Source of the DNA: an uncultured Desulfobacterales bacterium
Lineage (GTDB): Bacteria > Desulfobacterota > Desulfobacteria > Desulfobacterales > CAJINA01
Direction: 5' to 3'
DNA: 64,000 nt
Assembly: GCA_964636125.1 (NCBI GenBank)
Contig: CAZWPX010000004.1
Coordinates: 7,241-71,240 of the forward strand
Positions 39,545 through 49,516 of this stretch are shown here, in pieces (position 1 is the stretch's first letter; each line of letters starts with the position of its first letter). A program made the translations under genes and the position numbers. Under the pieces are notes generated by a model, which searched no databases, was not told the DNA's origin, and was given only the letters and a program-made list of their open reading frames with translations.

Positions 39545-40219
39545 ATGGATGTATCCTGTGATAAATGCCAGGCGAGTTTCAAGATTCCGGATGGAAAAGT
39601 TCCCAAGGGGAAATCCTTTTCCCTGAAATGCCCCAAGTGTAAAGAAAAGATTAAAGTATCTCCTACGGGTAAAAAGGCAGCCGCCGCTGCCCCAGCCGCA
39701 GCTGAGCAGCCCTCCCAGGCCATGTTTGACGAGGTGGGCTCAGATGGTTATGATGCCAACGAACGCCCCTTTGACTTCCTGGAGGAGGGGGTGCAAACAG
39801 CCTTGATCTGCGAAGGTGATCCGGTCTACCGGGGCAAGATCCAGGCTGCCCTGGAGACCCTGGGGTATCAGGTCACCTATCCTCCCAACGCGCGTGATGC
39901 GCTGAAGCAGATGCGGTTTCATGTGTTTGACATGGTGGTGATCAATGAGAAATTCGATACCCCCGATCCGGACCAGAACAATGTGCTGCGTTACCTGGAA
40001 ACACTGGGTATGAGCGTTCGCCGCAATATTTTCGTGGCCCTGATCTCCGACCGGTTTCGGACCGGCGACAACATGGCGGCTTTTCACAAGAGTGTCAACA
40101 TCGTTGTGGGCGTGGACCGCATGGATGACGTGGAGAAAATTTTGAAAAACGGAATCAATGACAACGAACTTTTCTACCGGGTATACAAAGAGTCCCTGGT
40201 GAAAACGGGGCGGGTGTAG
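39545..40219 (+). CDS. zinc-ribbon (MJ0042-type) protein with receiver-like C-terminal domain
   Basis: CDKC...CPKC at the N-terminus; degenerate REC-like domain; follows the pilT genes. Confidence 0.75.
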   Translation: MDVSCDKCQASFKIPDGKVPKGKSFSLKCPKCKEKIKVSPTGKKAAAAAPAAAEQPSQAMFDEVGSDGYDANERPFDFLEEGVQTALICEGDPVYRGKIQAALETLGYQVTYPPNARDALKQMRFHVFDMVVINEKFDTPDPDQNNVLRYLETLGMSVRRNIFVALISDRFRTGDNMAAFHKSVNIVVGVDRMDDVEKILKNGINDNELFYRVYKESLVKTGRV

Positions 40220-40263
40220 CCTGGCCCCCTTTGAACCGCCAGCAACTGGGACCACGAGCCAAC

Positions 40264-40434
40264 ATGGGAACAGACCGTAACAACACCAACACATACACCT
40301 GTATGGATTACCGCGCCGAGATGATCCTGCTGGGCCTCACACGCCGGCTTCAACAAGAGGGGCTCGACAGCTGTCAGGCTTCCGAAATCCGTCGGCAGAT
40401 CGCTGCGCTGGAAGCTGAAATGGGAATGGATTGA
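40264..40434 (+). CDS. small hypothetical protein
   Basis: YTCMDYRAEMILLGL...LEAEMGMD; stop overlaps the next start; start uncertain. Confidence 0.5.
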   Translation: MGTDRNNTNTYTCMDYRAEMILLGLTRRLQQEGLDSCQASEIRRQIAALEAEMGMD

Positions 40435-41345
40435 CCCAAAGCCCCTTCATAAATTATGGTTCCGGTCTTTACCTTATCCCGCTCCCCCAGGACCTGCCCG
40501 GTTTTGACCGTTTTATCAGTGCCTGGCTTGTGACCGGTGAACGCAACTACCTCATCGATCCCGGGCCGACCGTGACCATCCCCAAACTCGTCGCTGCCCT
40601 CCAGGCCTTGAATGTCCACCACCTGGATGCCATTTTACTGACCCATATCCATATCGATCACTCCGGCGGGATCGGAGATTTCCTGAAATTCTTCCCCGAC
40701 ACCCCGGTGGTTTGTCATGCCAAAGCAGCCGACCATCTGGTCGACCCTGCCCGGTTGTGGGCGGGCAGCCTGAAAACGCTGGGTGATACAGCCCGGGCTT
40801 ACGGCCCCATCCGCCCGGTGCCCCGTGACAACGTGCACACGGCCCAGGCATCCCTGGAGGCACCCTTTGAAATCGTATTGACACCCGGTCACGCCGCGCA
40901 TCACGTGAGTTACCTCATAAACGGGGACCTGTTTGCCGGAGAGGCCGGGGGCGTTTACTGGGAAGTGCCGGATGGCTTCTACCTGCGGCCGGCGACCCCG
41001 CCGAAGTTCTATCTCGAAACCAGCCTGGCCAGTATCACCGCGCTGGAACAAGTCGCATGCCGGCGTCTGTGCTACGGGCATTTCGGGTTGACCACAAGCC
41101 CTGCACAAATGCTCAGGGCCCATCAACAGCAGCTCCAATGGTGGGCTGGTGAGATTCAGAGCCTCATTTCAGATTCAGAAGATGAAGATCCTGTCGATGC
41201 TTGCCTGGAAACCCTTTTGCAAAAAGACCCCCTGCTGGCAGGCTGGTCCAGCTTCTCCCGGCAGGAGCAAATGCGGGAGCGGCAATTCATGGCCAACAGT
41301 GTGCGGGGGTTTCTGGGGTATCTGAAGCAAGGCCAGCCATTGTAG
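40431..41345 (+). CDS. MBL-fold metallo-hydrolase
   Basis: LTHIHIDHSGG, TPGHAAHH, YGHFG. Confidence 0.9.
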   Translation: MTQSPFINYGSGLYLIPLPQDLPGFDRFISAWLVTGERNYLIDPGPTVTIPKLVAALQALNVHHLDAILLTHIHIDHSGGIGDFLKFFPDTPVVCHAKAADHLVDPARLWAGSLKTLGDTARAYGPIRPVPRDNVHTAQASLEAPFEIVLTPGHAAHHVSYLINGDLFAGEAGGVYWEVPDGFYLRPATPPKFYLETSLASITALEQVACRRLCYGHFGLTTSPAQMLRAHQQQLQWWAGEIQSLISDSEDEDPVDACLETLLQKDPLLAGWSSFSRQEQMRERQFMANSVRGFLGYLKQGQPL

Positions 41346-41465
41346 GATGCTGAATACATCGAATTTCCAGGTCACTAACGGTTTTACCTACAGCCCATCT
41401 GCCTGGAAACGGTCACCTCAAATTCATCGGTAAACCCCTTCCTTGAGGTACCACAAAGCCTGTGA

Positions 41466-42266
41466 CTATGACACAGGCTCTATGCTCGGCGACTTATCGG
41501 CGGTGGCTTTTGCCTGGATCAGGCGCAGGCCCTCCAGGGTCAGCAGCGGTTCGACCGCCTCGATGGTCCCGGAGACGTGCCGCATTAAAGGGGCCAGTCC
41601 CCCGGTCGCAATGACCCTCGGCCGGCTTTCCATTTCCGCGGCCATCCGTTCAACCATCCCATCTACCAGGCCGGCGTACCCAAAGATCAAGCCGGATTTA
41701 ATGCTCCCGGCCGTATCTTTGCCGATGACCGTATCAGGCTGTTCAAAGAGTTCAACCCGGGGCAGTTTCGAGGCTTTCATAAAAAGCGCCTCGGCTGCTA
41801 TGTGAATTCCCGGGCTGATCGCACCGCCCAGGTACTCCCCCCGGGGTGAAATGGCGTCAAAGGTAGTGGCCGTTCCAAAATCAATGACGATAAGGCTGCT
41901 CTGGTATTTATCATATGCGGCCACAGCATTGACAATTCTGTCTGCTCCGACCTCCATGGGGTTGCTGTACAAAATTGGCATAATCCCGGCACACTTTGCG
42001 TCTACCCATTGGGGCGGGTGCCCGAGATAGCGGGTGCAGAAAGCGTTCAGGATGGTGACCATGGGCGGTACCACGCAGGAAATAATGGTCTGGTCGATGT
42101 CCTGGCGCGCAATGCCGCCATCGGCGAACAGGCTGGTTGCCAGGAGGTTGAATTCATCCTCGGTTGTGTTACGTTCCGTACGCACGCGCCAGTCCTGGAC
42201 CAGTTTGTCTTTCTTGAAAATCCCCAGGACAATGTTGGTGTTGCCGACATCAATAACCAGAAGCAT
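41466..42266 (-). CDS. coaX: type III pantothenate kinase
   Basis: IDVGNTN, EVGADR, IDFGTATT, GGAISPG, ATGG. Confidence 0.95.
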   Translation of the reverse strand: MLLVIDVGNTNIVLGIFKKDKLVQDWRVRTERNTTEDEFNLLATSLFADGGIARQDIDQTIISCVVPPMVTILNAFCTRYLGHPPQWVDAKCAGIMPILYSNPMEVGADRIVNAVAAYDKYQSSLIVIDFGTATTFDAISPRGEYLGGAISPGIHIAAEALFMKASKLPRVELFEQPDTVIGKDTAGSIKSGLIFGYAGLVDGMVERMAAEMESRPRVIATGGLAPLMRHVSGTIEAVEPLLTLEGLRLIQAKATADKSPSIEPVS

Positions 42267-42323
42267 TACTTTTCTCCCTTATTTCGAATTCATCAAGCCT
42301 TAAGTGTCTGTTCGAGATAGCTT

Positions 42324-43277
42324 CTACCCATCACGACTGGGTTGGCCCACTGTCACGGTAAATAGTTCCGGGTTTGCTTTTATAAGCGTGATGCCCAGCG
42401 GCAAGGAGATGGACGCCCTGCGAACATACACCCCCGGTTTGAGTCCATCCAGATCTACGAAGACATTGATATCACCGGTGTGGTCCAATTTGGCCAGCAT
42501 ATTGGCCGGGCCCTCAATTTCAAGGGCAATAAGCGGCGGTGATAAAATGGCCGGGTGGTCGGAACCCCGGGCACTGACCGGTATTTCGGTCAAGGTGCGC
42601 CGTCCCATCTTCGCTGCGATGCGGATATCGGCGACGAGCGCCTTTTCTATCACGGCCGCTTTCACCCCACCGGGCAGGTCAAGGGCGGTTTCTTTACGGA
42701 TGGATTCAGCAATCCCCTCAATTGCAATGGGTTTTGTCATCACCCGATCCATACCGGCCAGCAGGTTTTCAGGCCCTGAAACCGTTACGGTACCCGGCAC
42801 GGCGAAGGCATCAATGACTGTAAAACCGGCTGCCGGTTTACCGGCCAGGGCAATGTACACCGGAAGTTTTTTCTGGTCGGAGGGTTTTATTTTCAGGGCA
42901 ATCGTTTCTGGTTCCACGTCTGTTACCCGGATGGTTTCCGGGAGTCCGAAATGTTTGGCGGAGAGGGTGAAGATTTGATGCCCCGGGGTGGACGCGGCCA
43001 GGTTTAAGCGATACGTGAGTCGTGCATTGGTGAGGCTCTCAACCTGCTCGGCCGGACCGCTCACCCGGGCCCGTATGAATTTAACCGGGGGGGTTGCGGT
43101 GGTAAGACCGGCCGGAAGGTTTATAAAGGTCAGTTCGGCGGAAATCTCTTTTTCGGCCGTTCTACTTTCGGGTGGAGTTTTGAGGATTCCAAAAACCGCT
43201 CCAGCGGCACAGATACAGGCCAATATCCAGAGGCTCTGTTTACGGGTATTTGAAGGTGACCTGTTTTGTTTGGGCAT
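42324..43277 (-). CDS. cdaR: YbbR/CdaR-family protein
   Basis: N-terminal TM helix; three YbbR-like repeats (VSGP, VTVSGPEN, EIEGPAN...DLDGLKPG). Confidence 0.75.
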   Translation of the reverse strand: MPKQNRSPSNTRKQSLWILACICAAGAVFGILKTPPESRTAEKEISAELTFINLPAGLTTATPPVKFIRARVSGPAEQVESLTNARLTYRLNLAASTPGHQIFTLSAKHFGLPETIRVTDVEPETIALKIKPSDQKKLPVYIALAGKPAAGFTVIDAFAVPGTVTVSGPENLLAGMDRVMTKPIAIEGIAESIRKETALDLPGGVKAAVIEKALVADIRIAAKMGRRTLTEIPVSARGSDHPAILSPPLIALEIEGPANMLAKLDHTGDINVFVDLDGLKPGVYVRRASISLPLGITLIKANPELFTVTVGQPSRDG

Positions 43278-43385
43278 GATGAGATCGGGTGTAGTCTGTA
43301 TGCGACTTCAAAAACGAGTCCTCAGGACCAAACCGGGTCCAACATTCTGGGATCGGGATTACTGGCGTTGCCATCTGCCATCTGG

Positions 43386-44270
43386 TCAGCCTGGGCCGTT
43401 GGCCGGGCTGCTCTTGATCGCATCCACGATGGTCGCTGTTGCGCGTGTCTGGGCGACATCATGGACCCTGACAATATGGGCGCCATTTAATATGGCGGCC
43501 GCCACAGCGGCCTGGGTTCCGATTTCAACAATGGGCATATCCGGTGTCATCTCACGTGTTGAAGGCCCTTTGAGCAGGGTGCGGATAAAGGCTTTGCGTG
43601 ACGGTCCGATTAGAAGGGGCACCCCCAGTCTGTCCAGGGTATCCAGCTGCTTAATAAGGGACAGGTTGTGATCCAGGGTTTTTCCAAAACCAATCCCGGG
43701 ATCGGCAATGATCAGGTTCCGGCTTACGCCTTGTTTTACCGCCTGCTCTATGGCGGATTCAAGGAAACTGCAGATTTCACCGCACAGGTCGGCATAAACC
43801 GGATCCACCTGCATGGTCCGGGGGGTGCCGAGCATGTGCATCAGTATGAGCGGTACTTTGCAGGCGGCGGCGACAGGGGCCATTTCCGGGTCAAGGCGCA
43901 GGGCGCTGACATCGTTGATGATGGCTGCCCCGGCCGCCACGGCTCTTCGGGCCACAGCCGCCTTGGTGGTGTCGATGGAGATGGGTACGGGGATCCGGGG
44001 GGCGAGTTTTTCGATAACCGGGATGACCCGGCGGGTTTCCTCCTCCCCGGTGACTCCCTTTGAAAAGGGCCGGGTAGATTCTCCGCCGATATCCAGGATG
44101 TCTGCGCCCGCGGCAACGAGTTTTTCCCCCTGGGCCAGGGCATTATCGAGGCTGAAAAACCGACCGCCATCTGAAAAAGAGTCGGGGGTGATATTCAGGA
44201 TTCCCATGATGCAGGTCCTGTCGCCCAGTTCAAGGGTGTACCCATCCCAATTCAAGCTATAGGGTTTCAT
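43386..44270 (-). CDS. folP: dihydropteroate synthase
   Basis: GILNITPDSFSDGG, DIGGESTRP, DPGIGFGKT, SRK, VRVHDV. Confidence 0.96.
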   Translation of the reverse strand: MKPYSLNWDGYTLELGDRTCIMGILNITPDSFSDGGRFFSLDNALAQGEKLVAAGADILDIGGESTRPFSKGVTGEEETRRVIPVIEKLAPRIPVPISIDTTKAAVARRAVAAGAAIINDVSALRLDPEMAPVAAACKVPLILMHMLGTPRTMQVDPVYADLCGEICSFLESAIEQAVKQGVSRNLIIADPGIGFGKTLDHNLSLIKQLDTLDRLGVPLLIGPSRKAFIRTLLKGPSTREMTPDMPIVEIGTQAAVAAAILNGAHIVRVHDVAQTRATATIVDAIKSSPANGPG

Positions 44271-44276
44271 AGGCGG

Positions 44277-46229
44277 TTACTCTTCGGTTTTCTCTGCTTC
44301 GGCATTATCACTCACCGGTTTTTCATCTTCCGGTTGAGTCGGGGGCGAGTCTTCAGGGGTCCCTTTCTCTTTACTGTCTGTGGGATCAGCGGCCGGTTTC
44401 CGGATCAGGTCTGCATCAAGCTTGGAAGTGAACTCAAAATCCGGCTTTTTTTCAAGGATAAGGTCGTCCAGTTCATTCCCCTGGACAGTTTCCCTCTCAA
44501 GCAGCAGGTCGGCCAGCTTGTGCAGCAGGTCCATATTGTCATCCAGGACCTGTTTTGCGCGATTATACCCGTCACTGATCAGCTTTGAAACCTCTTTGTC
44601 AATTGTTCTGGCTGTTTCATCCGAATAGTCCCGGTGCTGGGCGATTTCTCTTCCCAGGAAAACCTGTTCTTCTCCCTGGGCATAAGACATGGGGCCAAGT
44701 GCTTCACTCATGCCCCATGTTTTGACCATCAACTGGGCGAGATCCGTGGCCTGCTTTATATCATTGGAAGCCCCGGTACTGATCCTGTGGAAGACCACTT
44801 CTTCTGCTACCCGGCCGCCAAAAGCCACCGCCAGTTCACTTTCCAATTGGTCCTTATACTTGAAATCCCTTTCTTCAGGCAGAAACCAGGTGACCCCCGC
44901 GGCGCGGCCACGCGGAATGATGGTGATTTTGTTGACCGGGTCGGTGTTTGGCAAAAACCGGGCCACCAGGGCATGTCCCGCCTCATGGTAGGCGGTGGTT
45001 TTGCGGTCGTCTTCCCGAATTACTTTGGATTTGCGTTCCAGTCCCATATAGACTTTGTCTTTGGCGTCTTCAAGATCCTCCATGCCCACCTTTTCCTTGT
45101 CGCGCTTGGCGGCCATTAGAGCGGCTTCGTTTACCAGGTTTTCAAGATCAGCCCCTGAAAACCCTGGGGTACCCTTGGCCAGGATGAGCGGTTTGACGTC
45201 ATCTCCCACCGGGGTCTTTTTCATATGTACCCGTAAAATCTTTTCCCGGCCTTTGATATCCGGCAGGGGCACCATAACCTGGCGGTCAAACCGGCCGGGG
45301 CGCAACAGCGCAGGATCTAGGACATCCGGTCGATTTGTGGCTGAAATCAGAATGACCCCTTCGTTGGATTCGAACCCATCCATTTCCACCAGCAACTGGT
45401 TCAGGGTCTGTTCGCGTTCGTCATGGCCGCCGCCGAGCCCGGCACCCCGGTGTCGTCCCACGGCATCGATTTCATCGATAAAGATGATGCAGGGTGCGTT
45501 CTTTTTGCCCTGTACGAAAAGATCCCTTACCCGGGAAGCGCCCACCCCCACAAACATCTCCACAAAATCCGAGCCGCTGATGCTGAAAAAAGGAACATCC
45601 GCTTCTCCTGCAATGGCCCTGGACAGCAGGGTTTTGCCGGTGCCCGGTGACCCCATCAACAGCACGCCCTTGGGAATCCGCCCGCCGAGACGTGTAAATT
45701 TCTTGGGTTCGCGGAGAAACTCAACGATTTCGCCCAACTCCGCCTTGGCTTCATCAATGCCGGCCACATCCTCAAAGGTTACCTTGGCAAGTTGGTCAGT
45801 CTGCAGGCGCGCGCGGCTTTTTCCAAATGACATGGCTTTACCGCCGCCGGACTGCATCTGGCGCATGAAAAAGACCCACACCCCGATCAGTATAAGAATC
45901 GGGAACCAGGAAATCAGCATGGACATGTACCAGGGATTCTCCCGGGGCGGCTTGGCATTTATCATAACGCCTTTTTGCCGGAGGTTGGCAATCAGGTTAC
46001 TGTCCTGGGGGGTATAGACCTTGTAGTGTTTTTTGTTAATGTCCGTCACGTAGAGTTCCTGCCCCTGCATGACCACGTCGGCCACCCTTTCATCATCCAC
46101 CATGGCGAGGAAATCGGTATAGCTGATGCTGGTTTCGGCAATATTCTGCGGGTTGAAAAGACTGTAAAGCATCAGCATCATCAGGACAATGACGATCCAC
46201 AAGGCCATGTTCTTATAAAAAGGATTCAA
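44277..46229 (-). CDS. ftsH: ATP-dependent zinc metalloprotease FtsH
   Basis: [30 protein letters not shown]; TTG start after GAGGAGG. Confidence 0.97.
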   Translation of the reverse strand: MNPFYKNMALWIVIVLMMLMLYSLFNPQNIAETSISYTDFLAMVDDERVADVVMQGQELYVTDINKKHYKVYTPQDSNLIANLRQKGVMINAKPPRENPWYMSMLISWFPILILIGVWVFFMRQMQSGGGKAMSFGKSRARLQTDQLAKVTFEDVAGIDEAKAELGEIVEFLREPKKFTRLGGRIPKGVLLMGSPGTGKTLLSRAIAGEADVPFFSISGSDFVEMFVGVGASRVRDLFVQGKKNAPCIIFIDEIDAVGRHRGAGLGGGHDEREQTLNQLLVEMDGFESNEGVILISATNRPDVLDPALLRPGRFDRQVMVPLPDIKGREKILRVHMKKTPVGDDVKPLILAKGTPGFSGADLENLVNEAALMAAKRDKEKVGMEDLEDAKDKVYMGLERKSKVIREDDRKTTAYHEAGHALVARFLPNTDPVNKITIIPRGRAAGVTWFLPEERDFKYKDQLESELAVAFGGRVAEEVVFHRISTGASNDIKQATDLAQLMVKTWGMSEALGPMSYAQGEEQVFLGREIAQHRDYSDETARTIDKEVSKLISDGYNRAKQVLDDNMDLLHKLADLLLERETVQGNELDDLILEKKPDFEFTSKLDADLIRKPAADPTDSKEKGTPEDSPPTQPEDEKPVSDNAEAEKTEE

Positions 46230-46362
46230 AAGTCGGTTCCTCCTCAGGGTTGGGGTCAAGTTTCGGCAGACTGGATGGTTCTTTTAACAACAGTCGCCGG
46301 CATATTTACGGGCAGCTTGTGTATCAGAAAGCCCGAAATTGTTCCAATAGCAAAAATAAGCA

Positions 46363-47826
46363 CTATTTTTCATCTGGCAAAACAAATTTTACCTCCAAGA
46401 CCTGCCGGGTCCGGTCCGTAACGCTGCAGTCCCGGGCGCGCTGATACCCGACGACCCAGAGGATCCTGTCATCACTGACAAGCACCGGGCACCGCCCTCT
46501 CTCTGGTTGGGGCACCCTGCGTTCATTGAAGAGTTTTTTTACCTTTTTTGATCCTTGCATGCCAAAGGGTGTAAAGCGATCCCCCGGCTGATAGTTGCGG
46601 ACGATCAACGGGAACTTGAGTCGGTCTATATCAAAAAACGCGCTGTGCTGTCCAGAACCGCCTACTTCTATTGCTGCCGGCAGCTCCTTGCAGCTAAAAA
46701 TAAGACTGGCACCGCTGGTTGGCAGTGCCTGGTTAAAGAGACCTGCAACCGGTATGCTGTCCGCTTCGATCAGGTAGTGGTAGGCGGCGGCAGGGGGGTG
46801 CGGCGCCAACGGTTTACGCGGGCGGTCCATGACGGCCAGTACCAGCTGGTCGCCTTGTTTCACCGCTGCTATGAGCCCGGGTAGATCCACCCGGGCGTTC
46901 TCCGGGCCGCTGGTTACAAGCTGATGGAGTGCTTCAATATGGCCAAACGTAACCCGCCTCAGGCTGCCCCGGAGCAGGGTAATGGCCCGGCGGAGAATTC
47001 GCCTGAAAGGGGCTATGTCAAATTCACCGAGCGCGGCAATATCGAGGCTCAGCTGCCGGGGGCTCCGGGCGGTGATAACGGACTCGCACAGGGGGTCGGT
47101 CAGCGAAGACAGCCACTGATTTTCATCTCCGGTAATCCGGGCGGTGCGGTGCAGGGTTGCGACGATGTTGGCGTTGAAATTGTTTTTGAGCATTGGCAGC
47201 AGCTGGTGCCTTATACGGTTGCGGGTAAAGCGCATGTCCAGATTGGAGAGGTCGTTTACGTATTCAAGCTGCCGCCGGTTAAGGTAGTTGAGAAGGCGGT
47301 CCCGGGTCAGATTGATCAGGGGGCGTACGATCCATCCGTCCCGAACCGGCGGAATGCCGGAAAGTCCCAGCGGTCCGGAACCTCTCAATATATTCATCAG
47401 GACCAATTCCGCACTGTCTTCACTGTGGTGACCAAGGGCCAGTTTCTGGCAGCCGGCCGTGCGCATGACACGCTTATAAAAGGTATACCGGACTTCCCTG
47501 GCCGCCTCTTCTATAGAAAGGCCCTGTTCCCGGCGATAGGCGGCTACATCCTGCTTTGCAAAGTGAAACGGCAGGTCCCGTTGTACGGCCAGGGTTTTCA
47601 CAAACCGGGCCTCCTGTGCGGCCTCCGGGCGGAGGCCATGGTCCAGGTGGGCGACGGCCAGGGTAATGCTGAAGCGATGGGCCAGTTCATTGAGGATGTT
47701 CAGCAGGGCGACTGAATCCGGTCCTCCGGACACCCCCACCAGAACCCTGTCGCCGGCGGCGAGCATATCGTGTTCCGCTACGTCTGCCGCAACGGTTTCA
47801 AGGATAGTCTGCCCGGTCACTTTCAC
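46363..47826 (-). CDS. tilS: tRNA(Ile)-lysidine synthetase
   Basis: VSGGPDS, HLDHGLR, EEAAREVRY, LGHHSED, RNRIRH; C-terminal KKVKKLF; GTG start overlapping the upstream stop. Confidence 0.93.
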   Translation of the reverse strand: MKVTGQTILETVAADVAEHDMLAAGDRVLVGVSGGPDSVALLNILNELAHRFSITLAVAHLDHGLRPEAAQEARFVKTLAVQRDLPFHFAKQDVAAYRREQGLSIEEAAREVRYTFYKRVMRTAGCQKLALGHHSEDSAELVLMNILRGSGPLGLSGIPPVRDGWIVRPLINLTRDRLLNYLNRRQLEYVNDLSNLDMRFTRNRIRHQLLPMLKNNFNANIVATLHRTARITGDENQWLSSLTDPLCESVITARSPRQLSLDIAALGEFDIAPFRRILRRAITLLRGSLRRVTFGHIEALHQLVTSGPENARVDLPGLIAAVKQGDQLVLAVMDRPRKPLAPHPPAAAYHYLIEADSIPVAGLFNQALPTSGASLIFSCKELPAAIEVGGSGQHSAFFDIDRLKFPLIVRNYQPGDRFTPFGMQGSKKVKKLFNERRVPQPERGRCPVLVSDDRILWVVGYQRARDCSVTDRTRQVLEVKFVLPDEK

Positions 47827-48209
47827 AGCAGCCTGTTTGCGATGTGAGCCTGTACGAGCTCGGAAACCTTTTTGTCCCAATATCCGAACACGCCGGTGCG
47901 GACCGACACTTCAGTCATGTCAGGACCCACGATGGTGACGGTGGTTGTAACAGGTGTTTCATCGGATTTTTTAGCAGTGATGGTCGTTGTGATACCGCTG
48001 GATTCCTTTTTAACAACTATCATCTTGAGGCTTTGCAACGCCTCAAGGCTGGCCGTAACTGTTTTGTCGAAAGGGGCCTGGTAGGTTCTTTTTAATTCAC
48101 CGGCGACATAGGTATAGACCCCGGCACCGGCGCCGGCCACCAGCGCGGCACAGCCCGAGCAGGTGATAAGGCCAAGAAGCATACAGGCTGCAGCTATTTG
48201 TTTGATCAT
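47823..48209 (-). CDS. DUF3568-like lipoprotein
   Basis: Lipobox CSGC followed by AALVAGAGAGVYTY; VSVRTGVFG. Confidence 0.7.
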   Translation of the reverse strand: MIKQIAAACMLLGLITCSGCAALVAGAGAGVYTYVAGELKRTYQAPFDKTVTASLEALQSLKMIVVKKESSGITTTITAKKSDETPVTTTVTIVGPDMTEVSVRTGVFGYWDKKVSELVQAHIANRLL

Positions 48210-48344
48210 TTTGAGGTCTCCCTTCATCGGAATGGTCCGGCCGTGTTTCTCTGTAAACGACCGTCTGGAACGGTATGACAGCATTTTGCATAAGTCAACC
48301 AAAATCAAAATGGATAAAATAACAGACCGCGGTCACTTTTTTGC

Positions 48345-48372
48345 TTGAAAAAATGGTTTTATGACGTATATT
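48345..48372 (+). promoter_or_regulatory. sigma70-like promoter of the SRP RNA
   Basis: TTGAAA-N16-TATATT ending 7 nt before the RNA 5' end. Confidence 0.55.
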
Positions 48373-48379
48373 CACTGCC

Positions 48380-48627
48380 GGTTGCGCTAGGCGGGGCGCT
48401 AGCGGTGCCCTTTGCCCGAAATCCGCTTATGCGGGGCTGAATTCCTCCTTGAGGATCACCTCTCTGGAGGCATCCGATAGCTGGCCGGCCCCCACGCAAC
48501 AGACGGTTACGAACCTCGTCAGGTCCGGAAGGAAGCAGCGATAAGTAATGCGGTTTGTGTCGTGGTCAGGTCCCGGTCATGTGAAGAGTGCTTTCAACGG
48601 AAACGATTCGAGGGGAGGTGCGCAGCC
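48380..48627 (+). ncRNA. ffs: large (Alu-domain) bacterial SRP RNA
   Basis: Helix-8 motif TCAGGTCCGGAAGGAAGCAGC; Alu-like GCGGTGCCC...AATCCGC...GGGCTGAATTCC; ends pair (GGTTGCGC / GCGCAGCC). Confidence 0.9.
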
Positions 48628-48635
48628 ATCTTCCT

Positions 48636-48675
48636 TGTCTCTCAGTGTCTCACCATGATCCTGAGAGACATTTTT
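48636..48675 (+). terminator. intrinsic terminator after the SRP RNA
   Basis: TGTCTCTCAG...CTGAGAGACA followed by TTTTT. Confidence 0.7.
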
Positions 48676-48807
48676 GCCTGTCTAAAACTCTGCCTTTAAT
48701 GTGTCAAATCCTGTGTTTATCATCTTGACATCTGTCCATATCGTCTTATTTTCTTTCAAAACTTTTTTGTTCGGATTTTTAAATCAAGCGGGAGATAAAA
48801 CTGGGGT

Positions 48808-49440
48808 ATGAGCCATAAAAATGAAGCGGGACAGGCCGCCGGCGACCAGGCCGTTGACCCATCGGCGGAGCTGTCCGAAAAAGCAGGTCCAGACGCTGAG
48901 GTGTCTGCAGAGACAAAGACGAAATCAGAAAAGAAACCCGGGAAGAAAAAAAGCCGCGGGGCCGCTGACGATAAGGCCGCCAAACTCGAGAGCGCTGAGA
49001 AAAAGGCCGTTGAGAATTATGACCGGTTTCTGAGAATTTCAGCCGAGTTTGAAAATTTTAAAAAACGCAAGGAGCGTGAGGCCGCAGATTTCAGGAAATA
49101 CGCAAATGAGACCCTGGTCAAGGACCTGTTGCCGGTGGTTGATAACCTGCAGCGGGCCATTGAGACCACATCCGAAAACGAGGATGCCGTCAACAGTATT
49201 CTGGAAGGCGTCGACATGACCCTCAAGGAAATCTTCAAGGTGCTGGAAAAGTTTGCGGTAAAAGCGGTGGATGCCGTGGGGAATCCCTTCGATCCGGTTT
49301 ACCATCAGGCTGTTATGCAGGAAGAGACGGCCGAGCACCCTGAGAACACCGTTTTGAAGGAGTTGCAAAAAGGCTATACCATGCATGACCGGCTTCTGCG
49401 CCCGTCCATGGTGGTTGTATCCAAAGCGGCTCCTGAGTAA
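48808..49440 (+). CDS. grpE: nucleotide exchange factor GrpE
   Basis: AEFENFKKR, LLPVVDNLQRA, FDPVYHQA, GYTMHDRLLRPSMV. Confidence 0.96.
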   Translation: MSHKNEAGQAAGDQAVDPSAELSEKAGPDAEVSAETKTKSEKKPGKKKSRGAADDKAAKLESAEKKAVENYDRFLRISAEFENFKKRKEREAADFRKYANETLVKDLLPVVDNLQRAIETTSENEDAVNSILEGVDMTLKEIFKVLEKFAVKAVDAVGNPFDPVYHQAVMQEETAEHPENTVLKELQKGYTMHDRLLRPSMVVVSKAAPE

Positions 49441-49516
49441 GATTATAAAAAACACTAACGTATTAAGAAAATAAACAGATAGATACTATTTTTTCGAAAG
49501 GCAAGGAGGACATAAG

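Noticed and set aside
48676-48807. CIRCE or sigma32 element before grpE-dnaK
   Set aside because: No TTAGCACTC-N9-GAGTGCTAA and no hrcA; only a CTTGACA with no convincing CCCCAT box.
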